64,000 nt of DNA, from assembly GCA_902500125.1 (NCBI GenBank), contig GCA_902500125.1_4132.1; one strand, given 5' to 3'. Source of the DNA: Escherichia coli. GTDB taxonomy: Bacteria > Pseudomonadota > Gammaproteobacteria > Enterobacterales > Enterobacteriaceae. The position numbers and the translations under genes are program-made. A model generated the notes under the pieces. The model did no database searches. It was not told where the DNA came from and was given only the letters and a program-made list of their open reading frames with translations. Shown here one piece after another: positions 35,364 through 42,648 of the stretch. Each line of letters begins with the position of its first letter. Position 1 is the first letter of the stretch.

Positions 35364-35594
35364 ATGACTAATATGTATATGACTGAAGTTAAAACCGTAA
35401 AAGATACTACCACGAATAAAACTACTTACTTACAGCGGATCTGTGGTGTATGGCAACGTATCAGCAAATCAAAGTACTTTAAATTAACATCATATGCAAA
35501 CCGTTCGGATTCATTCAGTACTGAAATAAAAGGTAATAAAGTACACCAATACGGCACTTATTATTATTACAGCCTGGACGCGATTGCAGTATAA
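35364..35594 (+). CDS. hypothetical protein (76 aa)
   Basis: ATG 35364 is 8 nt after GGAG (ATG 35358 is too close to the SD). Confidence 0.6.
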   Translation: MTNMYMTEVKTVKDTTTNKTTYLQRICGVWQRISKSKYFKLTSYANRSDSFSTEIKGNKVHQYGTYYYYSLDAIAV

Positions 35595-35624
35595 GCAGTT
35601 TACAAATCTTTACAATTGCCGGTA

Positions 35625-35704
35625 TTGACTTATTTTGTCAGTACTGGCATAATGTATTCATTGGCAGATAAGCCGTAGCCCATAGGGTGCGGGAGTGTAT
35701 CTAT
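35625..35704 (+). promoter_or_regulatory. U element: promoter + conserved transcribed core
   Basis: TTGACT 35625, 17 nt, CATAAT 35648; core GCCCATAGGGTGC 35678-35690; TGTATCTAT 35696-35704. Confidence 0.5.
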
Positions 35705-35734
35705 AGAAAAATTAGTTTAGTATAGTTACAATTG

Positions 35735-35797
35735 TGCACCCGGTGGGTTAGCTGTTGTCATGGGGTATATTATGCCAGTACTTGATAATGCTGTCAA
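35735..35797 (-). promoter_or_regulatory. U element, convergent partner of 35625-35704
   Basis: Minus strand TTGACA (35797-35792), 17 nt, CATAAT (35774-35769), core AACCCACCGGGTGC (35759-35746). Confidence 0.5.
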
Positions 35798-35843
35798 TAC
35801 TTTTTTTTAATATTCAGTACTGAAAACTATTTTTAAAAAGTAC

Positions 35844-35871
35844 TTGTAAACTATGTTTAAAGGCGTATAAT
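35844..35871 (+). promoter_or_regulatory. early-type promoter (upstream of tandem pair)
   Basis: AGTACTTGTAA: TTGTAA 35844; TATAAT 35866 + GTTTTACATC. Confidence 0.6.
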
Positions 35872-35876
35872 GTTTT

Positions 35877-35953
35877 ACATCAGGACGGGGAACGAAATAA
35901 GTAACTTCCCGTTAAGTAGCCCAGGAGTAAGGCACACGAAAAACTCCCCTGAT
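35877..35953 (+). ncRNA. conserved structured leader RNA (copy 1 of 3)
   Basis: Closing helix ATCAGG/CCTGAT; inner hairpin ACGGGGAA..TTCCCGT; motifs TAAGTAG, AGTAAG, ACGAAAAACT; near-identical at 46016-46090. Confidence 0.4.
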
Positions 35954-35961
35954 AAAATAGT

Positions 35962-35989
35962 TTGACAATAGAAAGTAAAAGCGTATAAT
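35962..35989 (+). promoter_or_regulatory. sigma70-like promoter (downstream of tandem pair)
   Basis: TTGACA 35962, 16 nt, TATAAT 35984; ATG 36022. Confidence 0.6.
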
Positions 35990-36021
35990 ACTTACATCAA
36001 CTACTGAATGAGGGTTACAAA

Positions 36022-36633
36022 ATGAAAACTATCACTACTACTACTTTTGTTATGGCTTTTTCTGAACTGAACGCAGAACAAAAAACGGCGGCTATCGAAC
36101 TGGTTCGGGATCGTGAGCGTTCATGTGAGGATAATTTCTTTGCTGAGGGCGTTATCGAGTACTATAAAGAAACAGTACTACCAGAATACGGCATAGATGA
36201 AGCTGAATTGCAATACAGTGGTTTTTGGTCGCAAGGTGACGGTGCATCAATCAGTACTAACCACGTTGACGCTGAGAAGTTTTTACGCAAGGTTAAGGCG
36301 TTAACGAAATATCGTTCAATCCGTCACCTGTTGAACGAGGATGATTTAGAAATGAGTGTAGAACGTTTCCAATCACGCTACGCACACGAAAACACGGTAG
36401 GCGGTTGCGTTGATACTCGCTACACTGATTTAACTGTAAAACAGGCGGCATTGGCTGAGGATCTGGAAAACTTACTGACTGATGCGATCCGTGAATTATC
36501 TCGTAAGTTGTACCGTGATTTAGAGAATGCATATGAGGATCAATTCACTACTGAAAACATTACTGCACTGATTGAGGGTAACGAATATCAATTCAATGTT
36601 ATTGATGGCGTAGTGGAATCAATCGAATATTAA
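36022..36633 (+). CDS. hypothetical protein (203 aa)
   Basis: ORF track; GAGGG upstream; acidic; motif GFWSQGDGAS; function not recognised. Confidence 0.7.
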   Translation: MKTITTTTFVMAFSELNAEQKTAAIELVRDRERSCEDNFFAEGVIEYYKETVLPEYGIDEAELQYSGFWSQGDGASISTNHVDAEKFLRKVKALTKYRSIRHLLNEDDLEMSVERFQSRYAHENTVGGCVDTRYTDLTVKQAALAEDLENLLTDAIRELSRKLYRDLENAYEDQFTTENITALIEGNEYQFNVIDGVVESIEY

Positions 36634-36644
36634 TTTAAAAAGTA

Positions 36645-36705
36645 CTTGTAAACTAAGTTTAAAAGCGTATAATACTTTACATCAAGGCGGGGAGTGGTTC
36701 CCCGC
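36645..36705 (+). promoter_or_regulatory. PeSL-like cassette
   Basis: TTGTAA 36645; TATAAT 36668; hairpin GCGGGGA-gtggt-TCCCCGC 36687-36705. Confidence 0.7.
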
Positions 36706-36723
36706 TCAAACGAGGATTTAAAA

Positions 36724-36963
36724 ATGGCTAGTACTAAAACTTACAACGGACACAAAAACAAAACTCATTGGAATGTAAGCCTTTGGATTAATAACGGTGA
36801 GTCATTGTATCGGCTTGCTCAAAGTTGCATCGCACAAAGTAGAACTAAAGATATTGCTGCGGAATGTATGTACCGCAGATTAAAAGCCAACGGTACTACT
36901 ACAACGCCGGACGGCTTTAAGTATAGCACTACTGCGATCCGTGCTGCAATGGTTGGAATGTAA
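36724..36963 (+). CDS. hypothetical protein (79 aa), paralog of 34682..34921
   Basis: Trimmed from 36694 to ATG 36724 after GAGGA. Confidence 0.7.
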   Translation: MASTKTYNGHKNKTHWNVSLWINNGESLYRLAQSCIAQSRTKDIAAECMYRRLKANGTTTTPDGFKYSTTAIRAAMVGM

Positions 36964-37020
36964 TATTCAGTACTGAGATAATGGCGGGTAATAGTTCCCG
37001 CCTTTACTGAGGGTTATCTA

Positions 37021-37281
37021 ATGAGTAAAGTAATTAGCTATACAGCACTAAGCAAGTCATTATCTATTAGCCAGTGCACCGATGGTTATTGGCTTTATGA
37101 TGAAACGCGTGGAATGAATTTAGCTATGCGTGCAAAAACTGCTGAGGCGGCGTATCTTGAGGCACTGGAATACTACCAGGAACGTTTAACGGAAGTAGAA
37201 GAAGATTATAAAAGCCTCAAAGCGAAAGTAGATCATTTCGTCGGTCAATTCATCGAGGAAGACGACGATAAACAATACTGA
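37021..37281 (+). CDS. hypothetical protein (86 aa)
   Basis: ORF track; GAGGG upstream; preceded by hairpin GGCGGG-taatagtt-CCCGCC. Confidence 0.6.
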   Translation: MSKVISYTALSKSLSISQCTDGYWLYDETRGMNLAMRAKTAEAAYLEALEYYQERLTEVEEDYKSLKAKVDHFVGQFIEEDDDKQY

Positions 37282-37291
37282 AAAAAAGTAC

Positions 37292-37350
37292 TTGCAATTA
37301 GTTTTCAGTACTGTATAATGGTTTACATCAAAGGGAGAAATGGTTCTCCC
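37292..37350 (+). promoter_or_regulatory. PeSL-like cassette
   Basis: TTGCAA 37292; TATAAT 37314; hairpin GGGAGAA-atgg-TTCTCCC 37333-37350. Confidence 0.7.
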
Positions 37351-37369
37351 TGGTAATGAGGAAAATAAA

Positions 37370-37591
37370 ATGGCTAATATCACTACTCTTTCCCAACTGG
37401 AAGCACTGGTGAAATCTATGCGGGAACATGCCGACAAAATCGGCGTACAAGATCCAGCCGTTTGCTTCTGCGACGAATTGAATGATGATACCCTGGTAAT
37501 AGCAGAAGTCCAGGACGTTTCTAACTATTCATCGCGTTACACTGGCGGCGTAGCAAATAAAGGCGACTTCTGTTTATACCTTACAAAATAA
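37370..37591 (+). CDS. hypothetical protein (73 aa)
   Basis: Trimmed from 37340 to ATG 37370 after GAGGAA. Confidence 0.65.
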   Translation: MANITTLSQLEALVKSMREHADKIGVQDPAVCFCDELNDDTLVIAEVQDVSNYSSRYTGGVANKGDFCLYLTK

Positions 37592-37595
37592 CAAC

Positions 37596-37626
37596 GCGGG
37601 GAGATAATAACTCCCCGTTACTTTTT
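37596..37626 (+). terminator. rho-independent terminator
   Basis: CGGGGAG-ataataa-CTCCCCG then TTACTTTTT. Confidence 0.6.
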
Positions 37627-37639
37627 CAGTACTGAATCA

Positions 37640-37726
37640 TTTAATAGACGGATCTCGGCACCCGGTGGGTTAGTGACTGTTTCGTCTTGATGTAGTAATT
37701 ATGCCAGTACTGGATGCACTTGTCAA
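37640..37726 (-). promoter_or_regulatory. U element: promoter + conserved transcribed core
   Basis: Minus strand TTGACA (37726-37721), 17 nt, CATAAT (37703-37698), TACTACATCAAGACGAAACAGTCACTAACCCACCGGGTGC (core 37671-37658). Confidence 0.5.
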
Positions 37727-37759
37727 CAACTATTTTTCAAATACTTTTTATTAAAATAC

Positions 37760-37814
37760 TTGCAATTAGTTTTTAAACGCGTATAATGTTTTGCATAGGG
37801 GGAGCGGTTCCCCC
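37760..37814 (+). promoter_or_regulatory. PeSL-like cassette
   Basis: TTGCAA 37760; TATAAT 37782; hairpin GGGGGA-gcggt-TCCCCC 37798-37814. Confidence 0.7.
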
Positions 37815-37835
37815 TGGTAACTAAGGAATAATAAA

Positions 37836-38072
37836 ATGCTTGAACAAATCAAATCAACGACTTCGAATGTAACGGGAACGGTAGCACACTTTACTAGTGA
37901 TGAATCGCGGGGCGTACCCTATTGTGCTGTACATGTAAACACTGATGGCAACTACTGGTTTACTGTTTACGGATCATATTCCTTTGGACGACCAGGGCAT
38001 CAAAAAATTCTGGATAAAGTACAGCCAACGGGTAAAAATATCACTGCTGAAATGTTTTATAAAAAATCATAA
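37836..38072 (+). CDS. hypothetical protein (78 aa)
   Basis: ORF track; TAAGGAA SD. Confidence 0.65.
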   Translation: MLEQIKSTTSNVTGTVAHFTSDESRGVPYCAVHVNTDGNYWFTVYGSYSFGRPGHQKILDKVQPTGKNITAEMFYKKS

Positions 38073-38077
38073 AGTAC

Positions 38078-38136
38078 TTGATAATAGTTTTTAGTACTGT
38101 ATAATATTTTACATCGCAAGGGGGAGCGGTTCCCCC
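38078..38136 (+). promoter_or_regulatory. PeSL-like cassette
   Basis: TTGATA 38078; TATAAT 38100; hairpin 38120-38136 identical to the one at 37798. Confidence 0.65.
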
Positions 38137-38156
38137 TGGTAACTAAGGATAATCAA

Positions 38157-38456
38157 ATGAAAATTGCAATCATCGCCCTGGCTTTATCTGTTTCCTCTTT
38201 CGCTGTTAATGCGTCATTAGATGTAAGTAGTGAAAAATTCATTCAGTGCACTGTTGCAATGACCGATGAAAGTACTGGCGAGATTGTATTAAAGGATCTG
38301 GAGATTCAGCCGGAAGCATTTAAAAACGGCCCGTTCCATGAAGAAGACGAAAACGGTAGCACGACAATTTATTATGATGCCAGTACTAAACGCGGTTCGG
38401 TCACTGTAATGGATACTGAGAAAGTAACGCATACCGGCGTTATTAATTGCCGTTGA
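38157..38456 (+). CDS. small secreted protein, signal-peptide/Cys-pair family
   Basis: Signal peptide MKIAIIALALSVSSFAVNA; Cys pair IQCTVA ... VINCR. Confidence 0.7.
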   Translation: MKIAIIALALSVSSFAVNASLDVSSEKFIQCTVAMTDESTGEIVLKDLEIQPEAFKNGPFHEEDENGSTTIYYDASTKRGSVTVMDTEKVTHTGVINCR

Positions 38457-38477
38457 TAGATACTACGGGGTAACATC

Positions 38478-38708
38478 ATGACTAAGCGAATTGTTTTACT
38501 TAACGAAAGCAGTACTACACAACTACTTAACGCCGTGCATTATGATATTGAAACGAGCGTTAATCTTATCAGTACTGTAGTACTGTTGGACACTGGAAAG
38601 GTCGCCAATGATAAAGCGATTGCAGGTATATTAACGGATCTTGAGCCTGGTAGCAGTGCACCAATAACGTTAAATGGTAAAGTGTTTAATATTTTACTCA
38701 CTGATTAA
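38478..38708 (+). CDS. hypothetical protein (76 aa)
   Basis: ORF track; GGGG upstream. Confidence 0.6.
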   Translation: MTKRIVLLNESSTTQLLNAVHYDIETSVNLISTVVLLDTGKVANDKAIAGILTDLEPGSSAPITLNGKVFNILLTD

Positions 38709-38714
38709 GTACAT

Positions 38715-38737
38715 AGCCCACCTGGTGGGCTTTTTTG
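38715..38737 (+). terminator. rho-independent terminator
   Basis: AGCCCACCTGGTGGGCT + T6. Confidence 0.75.
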
Positions 38738-38790
38738 TTTTTGTAGTATCGTAGTACTGAGATACTTTGAAAATAGTTTTAAGAAAGTAG

Positions 38791-38818
38791 TTGACATTAC
38801 CGCAGAAAAGCGTAGAAT
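38791..38818 (+). promoter_or_regulatory. sigma70-like promoter
   Basis: TTGACA 38791, 16 nt, TAGAAT 38813. Confidence 0.55.
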
Positions 38819-38823
38819 GTATT

Positions 38824-38898
38824 ACATCAAGACGGGGAGCACTAAGTAGACCGCCAGTAAGTCGAACGAAAAACTGGACACGTCGAGAAAACTTTGAT
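38824..38898 (+). ncRNA. structured leader RNA (diverged copy 3)
   Basis: ACATCAAGACGGGGAG...; closing helix ATCAAG/CTTTGAT; shares TAAGTAG, AGTAAG, ACGAAAAACT with 35877 and 46016. Confidence 0.3.
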
Positions 38899-38941
38899 AC
38901 ACTAATAAACGTAAACTAAACTTTAATTGAGGATTTATAAA

Positions 38942-39424
38942 ATGGCTAATGTAAAATCATTCATCAAAGCACTGGTAGCAAATGAAACTAACGTCGCGGC
39001 TGAGATCCTGGCTGAACTGGATAACGATACCATGAAAGCGGTACGCAATAATTTTAACATCGCGTACAGTACTGCGAAAGAACTACAAGCAAATAAAGCG
39101 GCAGAGATTGAAGCAGCGAAGGCGGCCCGTGAAGCAGAACTACAAGCAACAATTGAAAGTATCCAGGCGGCAGTAGTTGGGCTGGATCTGGAAGTAGTTA
39201 CCGAGATGGCACAAAAAGCCCTGGCGGTTAAGTACGGGGAAGATAAGCCGGAATCTAAGCCTAAAAAATGGATTCAAGAACGTGTAGCGGTAGTACTTGA
39301 TAACGGGGAAGAATATCTGATTCCGGTGCGTGGTAACTGCATTGCGGTAGTACTGGATGCTATCAAAGAAAGCGGATTGACTCGCGAGGAATGGATCGAA
39401 GCTCATCGCAAAGTTGAAGCATAA
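38942..39424 (+). CDS. hypothetical protein (160 aa), Ala/Glu-rich helical centre
   Basis: Trimmed from 38927 to ATG 38942 after GAGGA. Confidence 0.65.
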   Translation: MANVKSFIKALVANETNVAAEILAELDNDTMKAVRNNFNIAYSTAKELQANKAAEIEAAKAAREAELQATIESIQAAVVGLDLEVVTEMAQKALAVKYGEDKPESKPKKWIQERVAVVLDNGEEYLIPVRGNCIAVVLDAIKESGLTREEWIEAHRKVEA

Positions 39425-39445
39425 CAATTAAAGTACTGAATCATT

Positions 39446-39472
39446 AGCCCACTTATACAGTGGGCTTTTTTG
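39446..39472 (+). terminator. rho-independent terminator
   Basis: AGCCCACT-tatac-AGTGGGCT + T6. Confidence 0.75.
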
Positions 39473-39552
39473 TGTTTATCGTTTACCAGGCCACCAGCAC
39501 CGCCTAGAAACGATTCTAACGTATTAAACTGTTTATCTGATGCATTGCCCTA

Positions 39553-39560
39553 GCTGGTGG
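39553..39560 (+). other. intergenic Chi octamer
   Basis: GCTGGTGG; its complement CCACCAGC lies at 39491-39498. Confidence 0.8.
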
Positions 39561-39625
39561 CGTTAAAGTCGTTAGAATGCGATTGAGTGCGTTTAAAGTA
39601 TTTTGCAAAAAGTAATAAAAAGTAC

Positions 39626-39687
39626 TTGCACGATTAAGAGATTAGCGTATAATGTTTTACATCGAGAGGGGGAAACGGTTCTCCTTC
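39626..39687 (+). promoter_or_regulatory. PeSL-like cassette
   Basis: TTGCAC 39626; TATAAT 39648; imperfect hairpin 39666-39687. Confidence 0.65.
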
Positions 39688-39708
39688 CAAATCAAAGGAA
39701 TCAAAACA

Positions 39709-39936
39709 ATGGCTATCGTAATCGCTTATGTAACTGGTACTACTGGCACTTCTTCTACTGTTGCTGTAATTACCAACAAGAAAGGTGCGGAATTACATTC
39801 TGCAATGGATACCTGGGCGGTAAATGAGTTCGGTCAGTGGGCAAGTGTAGCATATGTTGAAACCTATCAAGTGCCAACCATTAGCTTAACGGATCTCGGT
39901 GTAGATCGTATCCTTTGCCTGGATGAATTAAATTAA
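39709..39936 (+). CDS. hypothetical protein (75 aa)
   Basis: Trimmed from 39652 to ATG 39709 after AAGGAA. Confidence 0.65.
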   Translation: MAIVIAYVTGTTGTSSTVAVITNKKGAELHSAMDTWAVNEFGQWASVAYVETYQVPTISLTDLGVDRILCLDELN

Positions 39937-39944
39937 AAAAGTAC

Positions 39945-40005
39945 TTGCAAAGTAAGTTGGATAAAGTATAATACATTACATCAAGGGGAGAAAATGGTTC
40001 TCCCC
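39945..40005 (+). promoter_or_regulatory. PeSL-like cassette
   Basis: TTGCAA 39945; TATAAT 39967; hairpin GGGGAGAA..TTCTCCCC 39985-40005. Confidence 0.7.
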
Positions 40006-40023
40006 ACTAAGAGGAAACTAAAA

Positions 40024-40167
40024 ATGAAAACTTGTCAATGTGGTAAAAAATCTATTACTGGTTTGAAACGGGGCGTTGCTCTTTGTCAGTATCACTATAA
40101 CGCTCAGGTATGGGGTAAAGAGTGGGCCGACCAGGTGGAAGCAGTAAAGAAAGCAAAAAGTAAGTAA
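40024..40167 (+). CDS. small Cys-containing protein (47 aa)
   Basis: Not in ORF track; own cassette + AGAGGAAA SD; MKTCQCGKK...ALCQYHYNAQ (CxC...CxxH). Confidence 0.55.
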   Translation: MKTCQCGKKSITGLKRGVALCQYHYNAQVWGKEWADQVEAVKKAKSK

Positions 40168-40186
40168 AATTATTATCACAGTACTA

Positions 40187-40215
40187 TTGACATAGATTGA
40201 TAGTACTGGCATAAT
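40187..40215 (+). promoter_or_regulatory. class-2 promoter (AGTACT-flanked)
   Basis: AGTACTATTGACA: TTGACA 40187, 17 nt, CATAAT 40210; about 85-bp unit repeated at 40445-40542. Confidence 0.65.
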
Positions 40216-40248
40216 AGATTTTATCAAGACAACTAAGAGGAAACAATA

Positions 40249-40461
40249 ATGGCTATCATCACAAAAATCAAAGTAAACAAATCACTGGTTAAGCTGGAAG
40301 AAGTGAAAGAAGGTTATAAAGTATCGTGGTGCGGCATGTATCGGATTTTTACAGATGTTGACGATGCAATCAATTACTACACTGACACGGTAAAAAACTT
40401 TGTTCGTGCTGATGTGGTTATGGCAGTGGCAACACACAAAGCATCGAAAGAAAGTAAGTAA
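40249..40461 (+). CDS. hypothetical protein (70 aa)
   Basis: ORF track; AGAGGAAA SD. Confidence 0.65.
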   Translation: MAIITKIKVNKSLVKLEEVKEGYKVSWCGMYRIFTDVDDAINYYTDTVKNFVRADVVMAVATHKASKESK

Positions 40462-40480
40462 AAATATTATCACAGTACTA

Positions 40481-40509
40481 TTGACATAGTTTGATAGTAC
40501 TGGCATAAT
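40481..40509 (+). promoter_or_regulatory. class-2 promoter (repeat of 40187)
   Basis: TTGACA 40481, CATAAT 40504. Confidence 0.65.
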
Positions 40510-40542
40510 AGATTTTATCAAGACAACTAAGAGGAAATTAAA

Positions 40543-40887
40543 ATGGCTAATATCAACACTATCGCAAAACAAAATATCAACCTGTCTTCTGTTGAAGTTG
40601 TACATATTGCCGCTCGGCGTTGGTTCCAGGCTTCATATGGTAACACTTATTTCTCTTTAAGTGTAGACGTAGAAATTGATGGTAATTTTATTGAAGTAGT
40701 AAACGTGCCGTTCCAATATGGATACGGGGATCACTTTGACACTGTAGCAATGGAAGAATTTAGCAAGGTTATTAATATGGAAGATAAAGAGTTTTTACGC
40801 GGTTCTTATCTTTCCCGTTTTTGCCGTGACAATAATATCACTGTTTACAGTTCGGTAACTGATGTTAAACGCAAAAAAGATCTTTAA
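40543..40887 (+). CDS. hypothetical protein (114 aa), paralog of 46523..46846
   Basis: Shared NTY..S, F.YGYG and C-terminal DVKRKKD(L/M). Confidence 0.7.
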   Translation: MANINTIAKQNINLSSVEVVHIAARRWFQASYGNTYFSLSVDVEIDGNFIEVVNVPFQYGYGDHFDTVAMEEFSKVINMEDKEFLRGSYLSRFCRDNNITVYSSVTDVKRKKDL

Positions 40888-40967
40888 TTAGCTTTACTTT
40901 ATGCAGATACTTTGATATAGTGTCTGCATAGGGGAAAGAAATTAAATTAACTTAAGAGGATCGTATA

Positions 40968-41237
40968 ATGAAAAATATCAGTACTTTAATCGATGCAGGT
41001 ACACATGTTCGGCGGTCTATGGTTGCAACCAGTACTACAAAACAAGTAGCGAGCGGTTATCTTGTATTTGTGCACGATGGTAAACTCCTGGAACGTTCAA
41101 TCAATTTTGATGTTAAAAACAATTGCCGTTTTATTATCTTTCGCCGTGAACAATATAAGATCGACATTCCAGCGAAGCCCATTAGCGGTGCGTACAATGT
41201 GCAATCATTGTTTGAGCGTCAACCATACACCTATTAA
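40968..41237 (+). CDS. hypothetical protein (89 aa)
   Basis: ORF track; AAGAGGA SD. Confidence 0.6.
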   Translation: MKNISTLIDAGTHVRRSMVATSTTKQVASGYLVFVHDGKLLERSINFDVKNNCRFIIFRREQYKIDIPAKPISGAYNVQSLFERQPYTY

Positions 41238-41288
41238 TCAAAACATCGTTAGCGGTCGATTCAGGCCGCTTATATTGGGGATTATACC

Positions 41289-41561
41289 ATGAACGTTAAT
41301 CAAGTACTGAATGAGATCGAAAGCATCATTAAACCGATGAAGCGTACTGATGCTATGTTAACACCGGAAGAATGCCGCCTTTATGAGCGTTACAGCGTCG
41401 AACAAGTCCAGGCAATGGCTATGGCTACCCCAGCCGTTAAACCGCCTGAGAATGCGTTACAGGACGTTACAGGGGATTATATCATCAATCCAGTACTAGG
41501 GAAGATGGCTGCAATCACCGAAGATCAACAAGACTACTTAAGCCAGTACTTAAAAGGTTAA
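41289..41561 (+). CDS. hypothetical protein (90 aa)
   Basis: ORF track; GGGGA upstream. Confidence 0.6.
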   Translation: MNVNQVLNEIESIIKPMKRTDAMLTPEECRLYERYSVEQVQAMAMATPAVKPPENALQDVTGDYIINPVLGKMAAITEDQQDYLSQYLKG

Positions 41562-41566
41562 TTAAT

Positions 41567-41776
41567 ATGCTTACTGTACAGGATAAGATCGACATCTTAA
41601 AGGTTAATATGTATGTGATTGATGCCGTACCTGGTAAAGTATTTGCATACGATGACACTACTGTAAGCGATTTCTACTATAGCCAGGCCGTGGGGGATCT
41701 TTCTGTACAGTCGGTTATTGAAAACGTAGTTAATGCAGCGTATGAGCATTTACTTTCAAATAGTACTTGCAATTAG
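41567..41776 (+). CDS. hypothetical protein (69 aa)
   Basis: ORF track; last codons ..NSTCN* are encoded by the next cassette's AATAGTACTTGCAATTAG. Confidence 0.6.
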   Translation: MLTVQDKIDILKVNMYVIDAVPGKVFAYDDTTVSDFYYSQAVGDLSVQSVIENVVNAAYEHLLSNSTCN

Positions 41777-41826
41777 TTTTTAAACGCGTATAATGTTTTA
41801 CATGAAGGGGAGAAATGATTCTCCCC
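41767..41826 (+). promoter_or_regulatory. PeSL-like cassette
   Basis: TTGCAA 41767; TATAAT 41789; hairpin GGGGAGAA-atga-TTCTCCCC 41807-41826. Confidence 0.7.
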
Positions 41827-41845
41827 ACTAATTAAGGAATATGAA

Positions 41846-41992
41846 ATGAAAGCATCAAAAAAGAGTAATACTAAGAAAGCACGTTCACCTTTCGCTGGGG
41901 TATTCCCTTTACGTTTCGTTGATGAAGTAGTTTCCTACCCGCCGGGCCTTACTCCTGAGATGGTAGAAAGTTTGCGTAAATCTAAAAAATAG
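41846..41992 (+). CDS. small basic protein (48 aa)
   Basis: Not in ORF track; own cassette + AAGGAA SD; MKASKKSNTKKARSPFAG...; stop TAG lies in next cassette. Confidence 0.5.
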   Translation: MKASKKSNTKKARSPFAGVFPLRFVDEVVSYPPGLTPEMVESLRKSKK

Positions 41993-41995
41993 TAC

Positions 41996-42055
41996 TTGCA
42001 ATTAGTTTTTAGTACTGTATAATAGTTTACATGAAGGGGAGAAATGATTCTCCCC
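41996..42055 (+). promoter_or_regulatory. PeSL-like cassette
   Basis: TTGCAA 41996; TATAAT 42018; hairpin 42036-42055. Confidence 0.7.
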
Positions 42056-42073
42056 AATAACAGGAGAAACAAA

Positions 42074-42226
42074 ATGAAACAATACAACGCTCGGTTTGAT
42101 GTTACTATCGGTAACGGCAAAGGTCAATTCTCTTTCAGTACTCGCAAAAGTTATACAGAAAACTTCCTGCGTAATTGTGCACTGACCGCCGCTCAAATTA
42201 AACATTATTTTCAGGCTAAAAAATGA
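42074..42226 (+). CDS. small protein (50 aa)
   Basis: Trimmed from 42044 to ATG 42074 after AGGAGAAA. Confidence 0.55.
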   Translation: MKQYNARFDVTIGNGKGQFSFSTRKSYTENFLRNCALTAAQIKHYFQAKK

Positions 42227-42312
42227 AATCATTAGCTTATTACAGTTCAGCGGTGATCGGTGCATTGATCGCGGCATTGTTAGTAACCTATCTATTCTTT
42301 ATGGTGATTTAA
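42223..42312 (+). CDS. hydrophobic micro-protein (29 aa)
   Basis: ATGA-coupled to previous gene; MKSLAYYSSAVIGALIAALLVTYLFFMVI (one TM). Confidence 0.4.
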   Translation: MKSLAYYSSAVIGALIAALLVTYLFFMVI

Positions 42313-42453
42313 ATGAATCCTAACGGTTTAATTTACAGTACTCCTAAAACGAAAGCAGATAAAGCGAAAGCACGTAAAGCGAAAGTAAAGGAGTACATTA
42401 AGCAAGGCATGACGCGAAAGGCCGCACTACTCAGAGTAAAGGCTGAAAAATAA
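42313..42453 (+). CDS. small basic protein (46 aa)
   Basis: ATG directly after previous TAA; Lys-rich KADKAKARKAKVKEY. Confidence 0.4.
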   Translation: MNPNGLIYSTPKTKADKAKARKAKVKEYIKQGMTRKAALLRVKAEK

Positions 42454-42460
42454 TTGAAAA

Positions 42461-42548
42461 AAGGGTTGACTCCGGTCAGTCCCTTTGCTATTATATATAC
42501 ATACCAGCGATACACTGGCGGCCCATAGGGTGCACAAATGTATCTATT
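42461..42548 (+). promoter_or_regulatory. composite cassette: terminator hairpin carrying -35, plus U element core
   Basis: GGGTTGAC-tccg-GTCAGTCCC; TTGACT 42466, 17 nt, TATTAT 42489; core GCCCATAGGGTGC 42521-42533; TGTATCTATT 42539-42548. Confidence 0.55.
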
Positions 42549-42588
42549 ATATAAGTATTGAGTACTGAAAACTATTTTTAAAAAGTAC

Positions 42589-42648
42589 TTGCAAACTATC
42601 TCAATAAGCGTATAATGTTTTACATCGAAAGGGGAAACGGTTTCCCCT
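42589..42648 (+). promoter_or_regulatory. PeSL-like cassette
   Basis: TTGCAA 42589; TATAAT 42611; hairpin AGGGGAAA-cgg-TTTCCCCT 42630-42648. Confidence 0.7.
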
